The notes below the pieces were generated by a model. It had not been told where the DNA came from. It was given only the letters and a program-made list of their open reading frames with translations, and made no database searches. 64,000 nt of DNA. Origin: Octopus sinensis (taxonomy: Eukaryota). The stretch covers positions 187,736,001-187,800,000 of the forward strand of contig NC_042998.1 of NCBI RefSeq assembly GCF_006345805.1, written 5' to 3'. Within the stretch, counting starts at the first letter, position 1; each line of letters begins with the position of its first letter. The translations under genes and the position numbers were made by a program. Below, one piece after another: positions 51,463 through 64,000 of this stretch.

Positions 51463-51771
51463 TACTTCGAAAACGAACTACTTATTCATCTAGAGTAGCT
51501 CAAAGCGTAAAAACCGCTTGGGACAGATGAGGATACAATTAAGTTGTGCCTTTTCGGCTTTATTTTTTGCATGTGTGTGTGTGTCTGTGTGTGTATATCT
51601 TTTATCTTGTTTCAGTCATTTGACTCCATCCATGAAGGATTTTAGTCCAACAAATCGACCCTAGGACTTATTTTTAAGGCTTAGGACTTATTCTATCGGT
51701 CTCTTTTGCCGAACTGCTAAGTTACGAGGGACATAAACACAGCAAATCAGTTGTCAGGCAGAGGGTAGAGA

Positions 51772-51813
<42 letters not shown>

Positions 51814-51876
51814 TATACGTTATGTGACGTCCTGTGCCCATATATGCATATGTATACACATATATATGTAAGTATG

Positions 51877-51921
<45 letters not shown>

Positions 51922-52028
51922 ATATGCATATATCTATGTTATTTATATTATATGATTGAACGCCACGCATCCATTTTTCCAAGTAAGTTTTATCCTAATA
52001 ATTTTGATGCAACACTTGTTCTATTCTA

Positions 52029-52914
52029 TTGGGTTGGTAACTAAGTTCCCGCGGTTTTTTAAAATTTTGGAATTTATTGCGTTTTTAAATTTTGGAATCT
52101 ATTTTTTTTTTTCGCGAATTCTATTTTTTAATCATTTTGGAATCTACTTTGCTTTTTTTTTTCTAGTTAATTTTAGTTAATTTTTGTTTATTTTCAGACC
52201 ATTAACATGGAATGTCAAACTAAGAAAAACGAGCATTTTCGACACATCCTTCTTTCAAGGTTCTAAGGCCGCAAAAGCTGCTAGCGACATTTGTGCTGTG
52301 TATGGAGAGGGTGCCATGGCTGAAAGAACCGCTCGTGATTGGTATCCCAAGTTAAAAAATGGAAATTTTGACCTCAAAGACGCACTTAGTTTTGGCCGTC
52401 CAGTTGAGTTCGATGGAGAGCGATTAAACCAACTTTTGAACGAAAATTCTCGTCAAACGACAAGGGAATTAGCAGAGAAAATGGAATGTTTCCACACTTC
52501 TATAGAGAGGCATCTTCACTCGATGGGAAAGGTTCAAAAGTATGGAGAATGGGTTCCGCATGCTTTAAGTGACAACAACAAAAATCAACGAGCCACAACC
52601 TCCGCTGGTTTGCTTGCTCGTCACCGCTCAACTCATGGACACAAGCAACGATTTCTTTACCGAATCGTTACTGGCGACGGAAAATGGAGTTTCGTTCAGT
52701 ATTGATGCAGAATTGAGAGCTTGGTTGGATCGATTTTTCGAGTCGAAATCGGATGATTTCTACCAACGAAGTACTGAAAACCTTGTTGAACTTTGGGAAG
52801 AATTTGTAAACAACAAGGGTGAATACATTATTGATTAATTAGCTATTTTTTTTATTAAACCTTTTAAAAAATTTAAATTCTAAAAGAACGGCAGGAACTT
52901 AGTTGTCAACCCAA
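52029..52914 (+). mobile_element. Internally deleted mariner element
   Basis: TA-flanked TIRs TTGGGTTGGTAACTAAGTTCC / GGAACTTAGTTGTCAACCCAA. Transposase HTH region with GRP, WVPHAL and IVTGDGKW, then a deletion removing most of the catalytic domain. Confidence 0.9.
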
Positions 52915-53732
52915 TATTTCTCTTTCCTCTCCCTTCTTTGCTCTAATTCCTTTTTCTCCCTCTTTCTTTTCTTTCTCTCTCTTCCTTTCTCTAATTCTTT
53001 TCCTCTCACTTTCGCCGTTCTCTGTCTGTCTCTTTCTCTCCCTTACTCTTCCTCCTTTGCTCTCTCGTTGTTTGCACGTGACCATCGGCCATCTTTCTTT
53101 TTCTAACTTGAATTTCTTTCTCTCTTTCTGCAGGGATCAGACGTATGTCTTTTGTCAAATCTTGTTCACCATCGTTCACCACCTCATCTCATTTAGGCTT
53201 AGCAGCCCTTCCTGTTTGTTTTCACTGTCCTGTTTTTGTTACCAACTTTGACCCTCCGCAAAATCCCAAATTTGATTTAATTTGCTTTACGGGAGCAACT
53301 GTTTTGTCGAAGGCATATCTTGTCGTGAATTGCTCGAAATGTGGAGTAGAAAAACAGCCGACAACTGATGAAGGGTCGTTCTTTATGTTGCTTGTCTTGT
53401 TTTCCATTTGTTTCTTTCGTTGTTTGCAAAAAAAGTTTGTAATCCATGTTTTTGTATTTCGTATTTCATGTTGTTTGCGTTCTGTGCTCATATATGCATA
53501 TGTATATACATATATATATGTACATATATGTATGTATATATGCATATATATATATATATATATATCATTTATATTATTATATGATTGAATGCCACACGTC
53601 CATTTCCATGTAAGTTTTATCTAACTGTCTATCTATTTCTCTGTCTGTCTGTCTATCTGCCTGCCTGTCTGCCTGCTTGCCTCCCTGTCTGTTTACCTGC
53701 CTGCCTCCCTGTCTGTTTACCTGCCTGCCTGC

Positions 53733-53820
<88 letters not shown>

Positions 53821-54289
53821 ACACATACAATGGGTTTCTTTCAGTCTCCATCAACCAAATCCACTCACAAGGTTTTGGTCGGCCCGAGGCTCTAGCAGTA
53901 TACACTTGCCCAAGGTGCTACGCAATGGAACTAAACCCGGACCCATACACACACACACACACACATGACTTTTGCCTGTCAATAAAGGTTAAGATTATGC
54001 TTCGTATGTCAGCAGAGATTTAACTGTGTAAAATATAAAGGCTAACATGCAGTTTACGGTGGTAAAAAAGTGAAAGTAATTTGTCATAAGAAATTGCAAT
54101 AGAAACCGAAAGTGACAACAGTCACATACCATTTCATGCAAAAAATGTATGTGATATAACCAATGTATAGAACGTTCATTCATTTAATATAACATCGAAC
54201 CCGTATGTATATTGTATAGAAAATGAAAAGCAATCAAACAATCACACTTTTCAGTGGTGCTCGTTATTTTATTTTATTTTAAAAAAATT

Positions 54290-54926
54290 TTTATCTAGTT
54301 TCAGCTCACAAGCTGTGGTCATGCTGGGGCACTGCCATTTGGTGTTGCTACATGATTTTACTTCACAAATGCTTTTTAGCAACTGCCATTTGGTGAATGA
54401 GAGAGTTCGATGCAGCTGCCCTCATCTGCACCTCCTGCCGTGAAGTTGGTTCATCTGGGACACCTGACAGGAAGAGATCCAGTTTTATTTTAAAGACATC
54501 TGCATCCACCCCATGCAGGTCTCTTAGGTTCTTTGGGAGGATATTGAAGAGCTGTGGGCCTCGGAAGCCCAGGCTATCACAGTATCTCGTCCTACATCTT
54601 GATGGCAAATTTGGAGTCCTTGGCACTATGCAGTGGCACCCAGTTCTGGCATTTGTGTAACTCTCGATGCCAAAGTTTGGGACATGTCCTTCTAGGATCT
54701 TCCAGATGTATATTATGGCATATCTTTCTCGCCTATGCTCTAAGGAATAGAGTCTTAGTCTCTTGAGTCTTTCCCAGTAGCTTATATGCTGCATAGAGGC
54801 TATCTCCTTCGTGTAACTTCGTTGGATCACCTCAAGTTCTGTGATTAACTTGACACTGGATGGTGACCATAGCTGAGAGCAATAGTCAAAGTGGCTTAGG
54901 ACAAGTGTCCTCCAGAGGACCATCAT
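54290..54926 (-). mobile_element. CR1/L2-group LINE 3' fragment with 3' UTR
   Basis: Reads LVLSHFDYCSQLWSP...SYWERLKRLRLYSLEHRRERYAIIYIWKILEG; its 3' tail resembles the family C SINE tail. Confidence 0.85.
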
Positions 54927-55164
54927 GGTTTCCTGCTAATAAATTCTACATTTGAACAGTTGCTAAATGATGATGATCTAATAAGTATATTACAGGAATA
55001 CAAATAAGCCCCAATCCTTTTACTAGTACTTATCAGGGGGAAGGGTAAAGTTGACTATAAATACTGCAAGGCATTTTGTCTGATGTTCTAATGATTCTGC
55101 CAATCAACATTATTATGTTTTAGGTGATAGAATTCTCTTTTGATAGCCATAACCATCTCAGTCT

Positions 55165-55513
55165 ATTTTCCCTTTCACTTACTGGGCATATGGGCTAAAT
55201 TTGATGATTTTTTTTGTTTCTTTTTTCAGGAATAGCTTGATGTATTTGTGAATTTTCCCTTTGACTTACTGGGCATATGGGCTAAATTTGATGATTTTTT
55301 TTTTGTCTCTTTTTTCAGGAATAGCTTGATGTATTTGTGAATTTTCCCATTGACTTACTGGGCATATGGGCTAAATTTGATGATTTTTTTTGTCTCTTTT
55401 TTCAGGAATAGCTTGATGTATTTGTGAATTTTCCCTTTGACTTTATGGGCATATGGGCTAAATTTGATGATATTTTTGTCTCTTTTTCAGGAATAGCTTG
55501 ATGTATTTGTGAA
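55165..55513 (+). repeat. ~88-bp tandem repeat, 4 copies
   Basis: Unit TTTTCCCTTTGACTTACTGGGCATATGGGCTAAATTTGATGA(T)nGTCTCTTTTTTCAGGAATAGCTTGATGTATTTGTGAA. Confidence 0.92.
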
Positions 55514-55569
55514 CAGTCCATAGTGTTACAGAACACAATGATTAAGGCTGTATTTGAAGAAAAGTTAGC

Positions 55570-56545
55570 TGACATGGAGGACCGGAAGCCATCTGAATAT
55601 TGGAAAAGAGTTATCATGGTGATTTATGTCAAGTACCAAAATGTCAACATCCTGATAGCTGCTAAATGCTCTGAAATCCCTGTAAATGGACAGATGTAAT
55701 GGAGACTACAAAGATGTGAAATGGACAGCTGCAATAGAGGCTACAAAGCTGTGGCCAGCTGGAAGGGATATGGCAAGCATTCTGACTGTGTCTGCATTCT
55801 GGGATTCATCCAACAACTGATGGATATGGCCTTAGGCTCAAATGTGAAGATGATGCTGGGGGCTGTTGTCTATTCCTGGCTGGAGAGGGTTGCTGCTGGA
55901 AGGCATCTCATCTCTTGTGAAAGGTAGGAGAGTCCAGTTTGCTGGACATTTTTGTAGAGCTGAAAACGAGACAATTTTTACTCTTCTCCTCTGGAAGCCA
56001 TCTGCTTGTGATACCAGAGGGCACAGACTCTCCTACTCTGATGTAATCTCCAGGGATACAGCCATCCAGCGACAGGACCTCCGTAATGCTATGATGGACC
56101 GTGAAGTCTGGCGTAGCATGGTAAATTCCATTGTCTCGATGAGGATGATGATGATGCTGGAAGGCCATGTGTGGCAGCAGGATTCAGCTCCTTGCCTTAT
56201 TTCCGGAAAGATTGAGAATCAGTTTTTGGAGAATTTCTATGGCTTCACCAGTCCCAATTCCCAATTTCTGGCCTCCTAATTCCCCTGATTGTAATCCCAT
56301 GGATTCCTATGTGTGTCATGCAGTTGAGACAGACACCAACTGCTCAGCCTGCAGCACCAAGGCTGAGCTGGTGGCCAAGACCATGGAAGTGTTTGAAGGT
56401 CTTCTCAGATACACAGTAAGGAATGTATGCATCAGGTTCTGGAGCTGTCTTGAAGCTGTGCTGGAAGCTGAGGGTGACTACTTTGAGTAAACTATTATCT
56501 CCCAGCCATAATCTTGTTGATATTTTCTGATTTTTCAAAATACCC
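55570..56545 (+). mobile_element. Degenerate Tc1/mariner-superfamily (maT-like) transposon with a nested RTE-like 3' fragment
   Basis: VWQQDSAP and FWPPNSPDCNPMD motifs; nested LINE tail RRVQFAGH..LLLWKP..AMMDREVWR plus (GAT)n at ~55900-56155. Confidence 0.7.
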
Positions 56546-57465
56546 TTATTTTTGGATGGGTTATTGTGTTTTGCAGCATGGAAGGTGTTTGTAAGCCATT
56601 TAAGAAACACACAAAAGCCGTTCAATTCACTTCAACATTTAAGTTTAATTTGTCAAAATATTTTTGTCGCTAAAATCCGCGACCTGTTCACTGACAAAAA
56701 TCCGTGCTGCATATTGTGTTTTCTTATCCTTTTATGTAAACTGTAGAATTTAGCCTCAACACTCTGTATTTCTATTTTTCTTTCTTTTTTTTTCAAAATT
56801 TTTATTTCTACTTTGCATTAGTCTGAAAGCTTTTGTTTTATTTACTTAATTGTTATCTTCCAATCTAGTCCTACTGAAGGACTTATATTTTAGGTTACTG
56901 TTTGCAACAACCTAGTTTCTAACTTTAACAGTTATTTTTCACTGTCTGTATATGTTTATTACAAGGTGAGGCAGGAAAAAAAGGAAAAATAAACGTTTTA
57001 ACACAAAATAAATGCATAAAAACAATAACAAATTATATACTATTATTTGTGTTGACATCTCTATCTTAGGAATTAGGAGTGACTGATGATAGGAAATGTG
57101 TTTCTGGTGTGTCAGTATTAGATATGGTATAGTTATTATGCACTTAATTCCTATTTAAATCATTATATTTATTGTGCTGGAACACATTATTATTTATTTA
57201 TTTCAATACAAACTTGGTTTTTATTCTGAAGCTTCCACTTCACTCTTTAGATGAAATGATAAATTGAATGTTAGTAGGATTTTAATCCTGAATGTTTGTC
57301 TTGCCTTTGGCCCTCAACTCATGGAGTTTTAGAGGCACAGTTGTAATATATGGCATATACTGGTCATTTGAACTTGGCAGAGCCCAACTCCTTCCAGAGC
57401 TGACCACTGTCAATATCACCACCACCACCACCACCACCACCACCACCACCACCACCACCACCACC

Positions 57466-57510
<45 letters not shown>

Positions 57511-59219
57511 GTTTAACGTCCGCTTTCCATGCTAGCATGGGTTGGACGATTTTGACTGAGGGCTGGCGAGCCAGATGGCTGCACCAGGCTTCAATCGTGA
57601 TCTGGCAGAGTTTCTACAGCTGGATGCCCTTCCTAATGCCAACCACTCTGAGAGTGAAGTGGGTGCTTTTTACATGCCACCGGCACAGGGGCCAGTCAGG
57701 CGGTACTGGCAATGACCTTGCTTGAATCTTTTTACACGTGCCACCGGCACAGGTGCCAGTGAAGCGATGTTGGTAACGATCATGCTCGAATGGTGCTCTT
57801 CTAATGAAAAAAGCAAAAGAAGAATCAACTGCAGTCCTGGACTTGGGTTATATTAATTGCCCCAAACAGGGGGAAATGCAAAATTAACCTGGGCAAGATT
57901 TAAAGTCAGAGATATAGAGACACCTTACTACTAATCCATTATTTCAACTCAGTATAATGCATTGGGATGGTTTTAAGGTTTTATAGAGAGCCTTATATAA
58001 AGGAATCTTTGAGGTCTGTTATTTAATTACTAAGACAACATTTATTTTAAATACCCAACATTAATGATAGATCATATCAAACTTCATCTTTGAGCTAGAT
58101 TTTGTCTCATAACAATTCTATCTTTGTTTCAAGTATTGTCCTTCATATCATAGTCATGATGATGAATAGTAGTAGTAGTAGTAGTAGTAGTAGTAGCAGC
58201 AGCAGTAGCAGCAGTAAAAGTGGTAGTGGTGGTGGTGATGGCCGTGGTTTTAATATTACCCTATTGGTAAAACCATGATGTCATTAGATAAAATGTTTTT
58301 CTTTATAACAGCTCTTCCAAGTTAATTACAGTTATTACACCTGTAAGCTGTACTCTTTAACCTTCTGGAAGACGGTGAGCTACTTCCTCGAATTTCTCTT
58401 ATGGTTTCAGGTTCTGGTTTAAATTTTACCACATATTTACAAAAGAATTAATGTTTGTTTTCTTTTTTAGACAGTTATTCTGGTTAAATTCCTCACTGAG
58501 GAATTTGTTTAAATTACAAATATGTTATAGAAATGGTGCTTTATAAACTTTAAAAAATTACTTTTTCCAGATCAGATAAATATTCAGTGCATGTGAGGAG
58601 GACTAGCTAACCTTCCATAAATATTAAGGATTCTGTGCTTTATGAAATCAAAAGCCCAACCGATTTAAACTAAGTCTAAAATATGGTAGGTAGTGACTTG
58701 GCTGACTCACTGGATAGAATGCTTTGCAGTATTTGTTCTAACTCTCCATACCCTAGGTCCAAATTCCACTGAGGTCAGCTTTGCCTTTTACCTCTGAGGG
58801 TTAATGAAAAAATATCAATCCAGCATGGTGGCTTGGATGAACTTTAAGAAATGCATGGACCAGTTACCTTGCAATATTTGTTCTGGTTCTATGCTTTGTG
58901 TGTTCAAATCCTGCCTTGGTCTACTTGGTTCACAAATTTAATGGTCCTTGGTTTTACATCCCACCTGGCACTTTGGTTACCTTTAACAAGCATATGGGTT
59001 AGATCCAATGTTTGAAGAGACCTTCTTTCCTCCCACCAGTCTTAAAGGCTCTGTAAAAGATCCTGGGCACTGCCTTTCTTCCTGACTAAATCATGTATGG
59101 ACAATGGATGTTAAATGATGATGATGTTATATTTGGGGATGGTCATATTTTTGCCAATTAAACATATGCACTATATACTTGGTATTCAATTCAGCTTTAT
59201 TATTATTATTATTATTATT

Positions 59220-59899
59220 GTCATTTACTTTTAATCTGCATGTTTGATGCAATCACTTGCCGGGGCACACCCAGTGCCCTAGGGCAAGTGAAGGTTAAGA
59301 GTTGTTGAAATATAGCTGAAAGCTTGGGGAGGGAAAGTAGAGAAATATCTCCATGTAATACAACACAAACATTTACATTGATAGGGTTTTTCTAAGGATG
59401 TGGGTAGTACTTGTTAGCACAATCTTTTGGATTTCCTTGAGACATGGTTCTCCAGGGATATTGTCTAGGTGTTTCTGACATCCCTTTTTTATCATACCTA
59501 GGGCACCTACAATAACAGGAACAGTTTTTGTTTTAAGATTCCACATCTTTTGCATTTCGATTTCCAGGTCCTTGTATTTACTAAGTTTGTCGAATTCCTT
59601 TACAGATATATTGTTATCAGTGGGGACGCTTACCTCTATTAGTCTGCAGGTATTATCTTCCCTGTCTTTAACAATTATGTCTGGTCGATTAGCCTTGATT
59701 GTTCTGTCAGTGTTGACTGGAAAATCCCAGAGGATGGTGACATTTTTACCTTCAACAACTGCCTGAGGATGATGTTCATACCAGTTAGAAGGAGTGCCGA
59801 ATTTTGTAGTGTTTACATTTCTTCCAACATATATACTGTCATACTCTATCATGGCGATTTTTGTATTTGTTTGGTGTCAGCACAGGACATCTGGAAGGA

Positions 59900-59900
<1 letters not shown>
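59220..59900 (-). mobile_element. 5'-truncated R4/Dong-clade (restriction-like endonuclease) non-LTR retrotransposon
   Basis: Reads CPVL...Y..RHD.V, ILWDF, RPDIIV, IEVSVP, K..KY.DL and PVIVGALG; flanked on both sides by (TAA)n. Confidence 0.88.
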
Positions 59901-59986
<86 letters not shown>

Positions 59987-60078
59987 GATTATTATTATAT
60001 TATTATTATTATTATTATTATATTATTATTATTATTATTATTATTTTCTTCATGTAAACCCTTGTGGTTAATAAAGAA

Positions 60079-60146
<68 letters not shown>
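59901..60146. repeat. (TTA)n microsatellite (interrupted)
   Basis: Read directly from the sequence. Confidence 0.95.
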
Positions 60147-60895
60147 TCAGTGTCCTTTTGAAGGCGGTGAGGTGGCAGAATTGTTAGCATGCTGGGCAAA
60201 ATGCTTAAGCAGTATTTTTCCTGTCATTACGTTCTGAGTTCAAATGCTGCCAGGGTCGACTTTGCCTTTCATCCTTTCGGGGTCAATAAATTAAGTACCA
60301 GTGAAACACTGGGGTCGATGTAATCGATTGGTCCCCTCTCCCATAATGTCAGGCCTTGTGCCTATAGTAGAAAAGATTATTTTAGTGTCCTTTGCTCTTT
60401 TGTCACACATCCTGTGACCTCTTCAGTGACTCTCTATCCCATGTGTCTTTTCTTATTCGATTTAGTCCATACAGACACTATAGATTAAACAGAACAAGAG
60501 GAAACACATTCCTAAATATAACAAAATCAGTTTCAACACGGTTTCACATCAGGAATTTTGCAAAACAAATACATAAATACATAATGCAAAATAAATACAT
60601 AATGATATATGTATATAGATATCATCATCATCATCATGATTATTGTCATCATTTTAATAACAACTTTTCCATATTTGGACATAGTTTATTGAGGCAGATT
60701 GTCTACAACCACAAACCCTTCTTGTCACCAACACCCATCTTATTTCCAGGTAAAGTAATACTTTCTCAGAACCAGACATGTATGTGCAGAATGTTGGAAA
60801 TGAATGACAACATTACTCGCATAGCAGCGACACTCGTTTGCAAATATCCTGTTTTGTCAAGACAAGGAGCAAGAACATACACACACGATACATAC

Positions 60896-61105
60896 GTGTA
60901 TGTGTGTGTATGTGTGTATATGTGTGTATATATGTGTGTGTATGTGTGTGTGATTGTGTGTGTGTGTGTGTATGTGTGTGTGTATGTGTGTGTGTATATG
61001 TGTGTATGTGTTTGTATGTGTGTGTGTATGTGTGTGTGTGTGAGTGTGTGTGTGTATGTGTGTGTGTGATTGTGTGTGTGTATGTGTGTGTGTGCATGTG
61101 TGTGT

Positions 61106-61140
<35 letters not shown>
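60896..61140. repeat. (TG)n/(TGTA)n microsatellite
   Basis: Read directly from the sequence. Confidence 0.95.
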
Positions 61141-61141
<1 letters not shown>

Positions 61142-61958
61142 ATATGTAACAGACTTCTTTCAGTTTCCTTCTAACAAGTTCATCCACAAGGCTTTGACTG
61201 GCCTGGGTCTATAGTAGAAGAAATGTGTCCAAAATGTCTGCTGTGCCCAGAACCATGTAGTTGGGACACAGCCAATGAAGTGATTAAAACTATACAATCA
61301 GACCATTTGATGAATTGGTTGGTGCCACTGTTTGCAAAAATGCCAATGGCTGTTTCAAAGAAAGGAAGACATGGGTAAAGGTGATAAATGAGGAAACGAA
61401 GGCAAAGAAGGTGATGAGGGAGTGTGTAAAGAACTACAGAAAATGGAAAAGACTATCACAGGTCCTACAAGCTGCATTGGCAGAAAAAATGGCTTAAAAC
61501 ACTTACTGTACAGTTGTTTTGATTTCCTCATTTTAATATTTACATTTCTCTGGAATGGATTTTTTTTGTACCATGTAATATAATACAAACTGTATTATTC
61601 ATTATTTTCTCAGATAAGCATAATCGTTTGAATAAATATTTTAAGCTTTTCTTTTAAATGTAACTGCCAGGTGAATTGGTATTACTTGGTTGGTGGGGTT
61701 GGGGGTAAAGTGAGTAAGCAGAGATGAATAGAATGTTTTTTTTTACTGTTTTACATTCATTTTGCTTCTGTTGCTAAGATTTATATTTGCTTCTGTTGCT
61801 AAGATTTATATTTTGAAAGAGCAGCTAAACTCAAACCGCAAAATAGTAGTAATTCTGAAACTAAAGGAGAAATAAAAACATTTATCCCCTTCAACTTTGG
61901 ACTATGCATAGTTTCGACGTTTTTACGTAATCGATTTAATTAAATTAAATTAAATCCA

Positions 61959-62024
<66 letters not shown>

Positions 62025-62033
62025 TATATATAC

Positions 62034-62099
<66 letters not shown>

Positions 62100-63679
62100 T
62101 TAGGGAGTAAATCCAAACTTACAGGGAAAAATTAGATTTTGGATTAAATCAAATTTCACGGTATAAATATAAATTAAATTAGAGATAAAACCACTATTAG
62201 GCAAATCAAACAGTGAAAAACATAAACCAAAACACAATAATAAATATAATTAATATAATATACAAAATATATAAAATTTAAAATTAAATTATTTAATTTA
62301 AAATTTTAAATTTATATTTATAAATTTTTATATTTTTTATAGTTTTTAAAATTTTAAATTTATAAATTTTTAAACTTTTAATTTTTTTTATATTTATATT
62401 TATATTTATTTATTTTAATTTTTTTTATTTATTTAATTATTTTAATTTGTCTAATTTAATTTATATATATATATATATCTGTGAATTTATAACTTTATAT
62501 CTGTGAATTTATAACTGGAGATTAATATAGTGTTAGGGTAACTTCATTCATTTGCTCATTAACTCATTCCCTTCCTGCCTCACTCATTCCCTCATAGACT
62601 CATTCATTCACTCCTCACTCACTCACTCGTTCAGCCACTCACTCACTCATACACTCACATATATGTTTACCTACACATCACCCTGTTCATACACATGGAA
62701 GTATTCATCATTGCACATAAATGTTATCTTATCTGAAATATCTGTAAACTGCTACCTTGATTAATAGATATGAAGTCACTTCCCAACACACCTCAATGTC
62801 TGGGTCACATTCATATTGTCATCATGATTCCTTTTCTTCTACAACTACAATGGTCTTTGCTCCTCTGAGTCAGTTGGTATTATGTCACCTCTACTCAGAC
62901 ACTCTGGCTCACTAGTCACCCATATTGAACCAAATTTCACTCACATCACTTTTCCAATTCATTTCTCTCCAGAATGCCAACACTCAGGAATTCTATTCCT
63001 GCACATACTTTTCCTTCAGTCCTTGTAGCTCTTCAATAATTTCATTCAAGTACACCACTCTGATAACTCTCTGACACCGTTATATGATAATGAGTACAGT
63101 CTCTTCTTCAAGACTAAAGTATTAAAAAGAGGGTGTGTGGTAAAAAGCTTGCTTCCTAACCATATGGTTCCAGCTCCTTATTTCTTTACTGCCCACAAGG
63201 GGCTATACACAGAGAAGACAAACAAGGACAGACAAACGGATTAAGTTGATTATATTGACTCCAGTGCATAACTGGTACTTAATTTATCGTCCCCGAAAGG
63301 ATGAAAGGCAAAGTCGACCTCGGCGGAATTTGAACTCAGAATGTAATGGCAGATGAAATACAGCTACGCATTTCGCCCGGCGTGCTAACGTTTCTGCCCC
63401 ACTGGATGGTGCCTTGGGCATGTGTCTTCTACTTTAGTTTTGGGCCAACCAAAGCCTTGTGAGTGGATTTGGTAGACAGAAACTCAAATAGCCTTTTGTG
63501 ATATAGAGCGCAACTGGAAATTCCGGTGGGATAGCTTTCTGAGTGCCACAGACCAAATATGTGGCTGGTGCAAAGTCCCTTCCAGACCTAAAGTAACATG
63601 GTGGTGAAACAATTCCATAGACAGGACCATTAGAGCAGAGAAACAGGACTGGAAGTGTAGGGGCAGTTGAAAATTGTAT

Positions 63680-64000
63680 CAAATAGCTAGAAAGGAAGCT
63701 AAGAGACAGGTATATCTAGCCAAAGGAGAAGCAAAAAAGTAGAAGTTTGCCTATGTTCAGCACCATTAGGACCAATGAGTTGAAGTGTTTCAGATTGCAG
63801 GAAAGTGTGTGAGAGAAAATTGTGATGTCATAGGAGAGAAATGCGTCCACATGGATGATGGTGCACTTGCTTTTAATGACTCTGCAAAGAAAGTTGCTTG
63901 GAGATGCCATTATGAAAGACTGCTGAATGTGGAGAATGAATGGGAGGAGGAGAGTCTGCCAAATGTTGACCCAATTGAGGGACCAGCTACCTGAATCTAC
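63680..64000 (+). mobile_element. Degenerate RTE LINE internal fragment
   Basis: VFQIA..VREN.DV.GEKC..DDG.L....K..AW..HYERLLNVENEW, resembling the RTE linker between endonuclease and RT. Confidence 0.7.

Noticed and set aside
58311-58374. Plus-strand acceptor/donor-bounded ~63-nt segment (LFQVNYSYYTCKLYSLTFWKT)
   Set aside because: No homology I recognise; such sites are common by chance in AT-rich DNA.
61940-62480. Extremely AT-rich quasi-palindromic tract
   Set aside because: Low complexity makes the inverted matches uninformative; probably repeat debris.

Overview
AT-rich, repeat-dense animal genomic DNA, most likely octopus or another cephalopod (inferred from the SINE families and microsatellite load). 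The only host protein-coding gene I can support is the 3' part of NELFCD/TH1L (negative elongation factor C/D). It has six + strand exons between 1825 and 18458, with consistent GT-AG sites and phases. The rest is mostly transposon sequence: four SINE-like families, LINE fragments (CR1/L2, RTE/BovB-like, R4/Dong), a Penelope-like element, a Gypsy remnant, and mariner/Tc1, Tc2, hAT, piggyBac, MULE and Merlin-like remnants and MITEs. There is also a 25-bp minisatellite and several long microsatellites. A CpG-retaining domain (~38-53 kb) contains an ETS/NRF1/TCT promoter-like motif cluster at ~44.1 kb with no recognisable ORF on either side. Most listed ORFs are repeat artefacts. I found no prokaryote-type system such as CRISPR. 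The most notable items are the orphan promoter, a perfect 32-bp intronic hairpin, a GG-ended 8-bp-TSD MITE family carrying telomere-like repeats, and an 81-bp duplication flanking a foldback element. All calls were made by eye, and repeat boundaries without a TSD are approximate.
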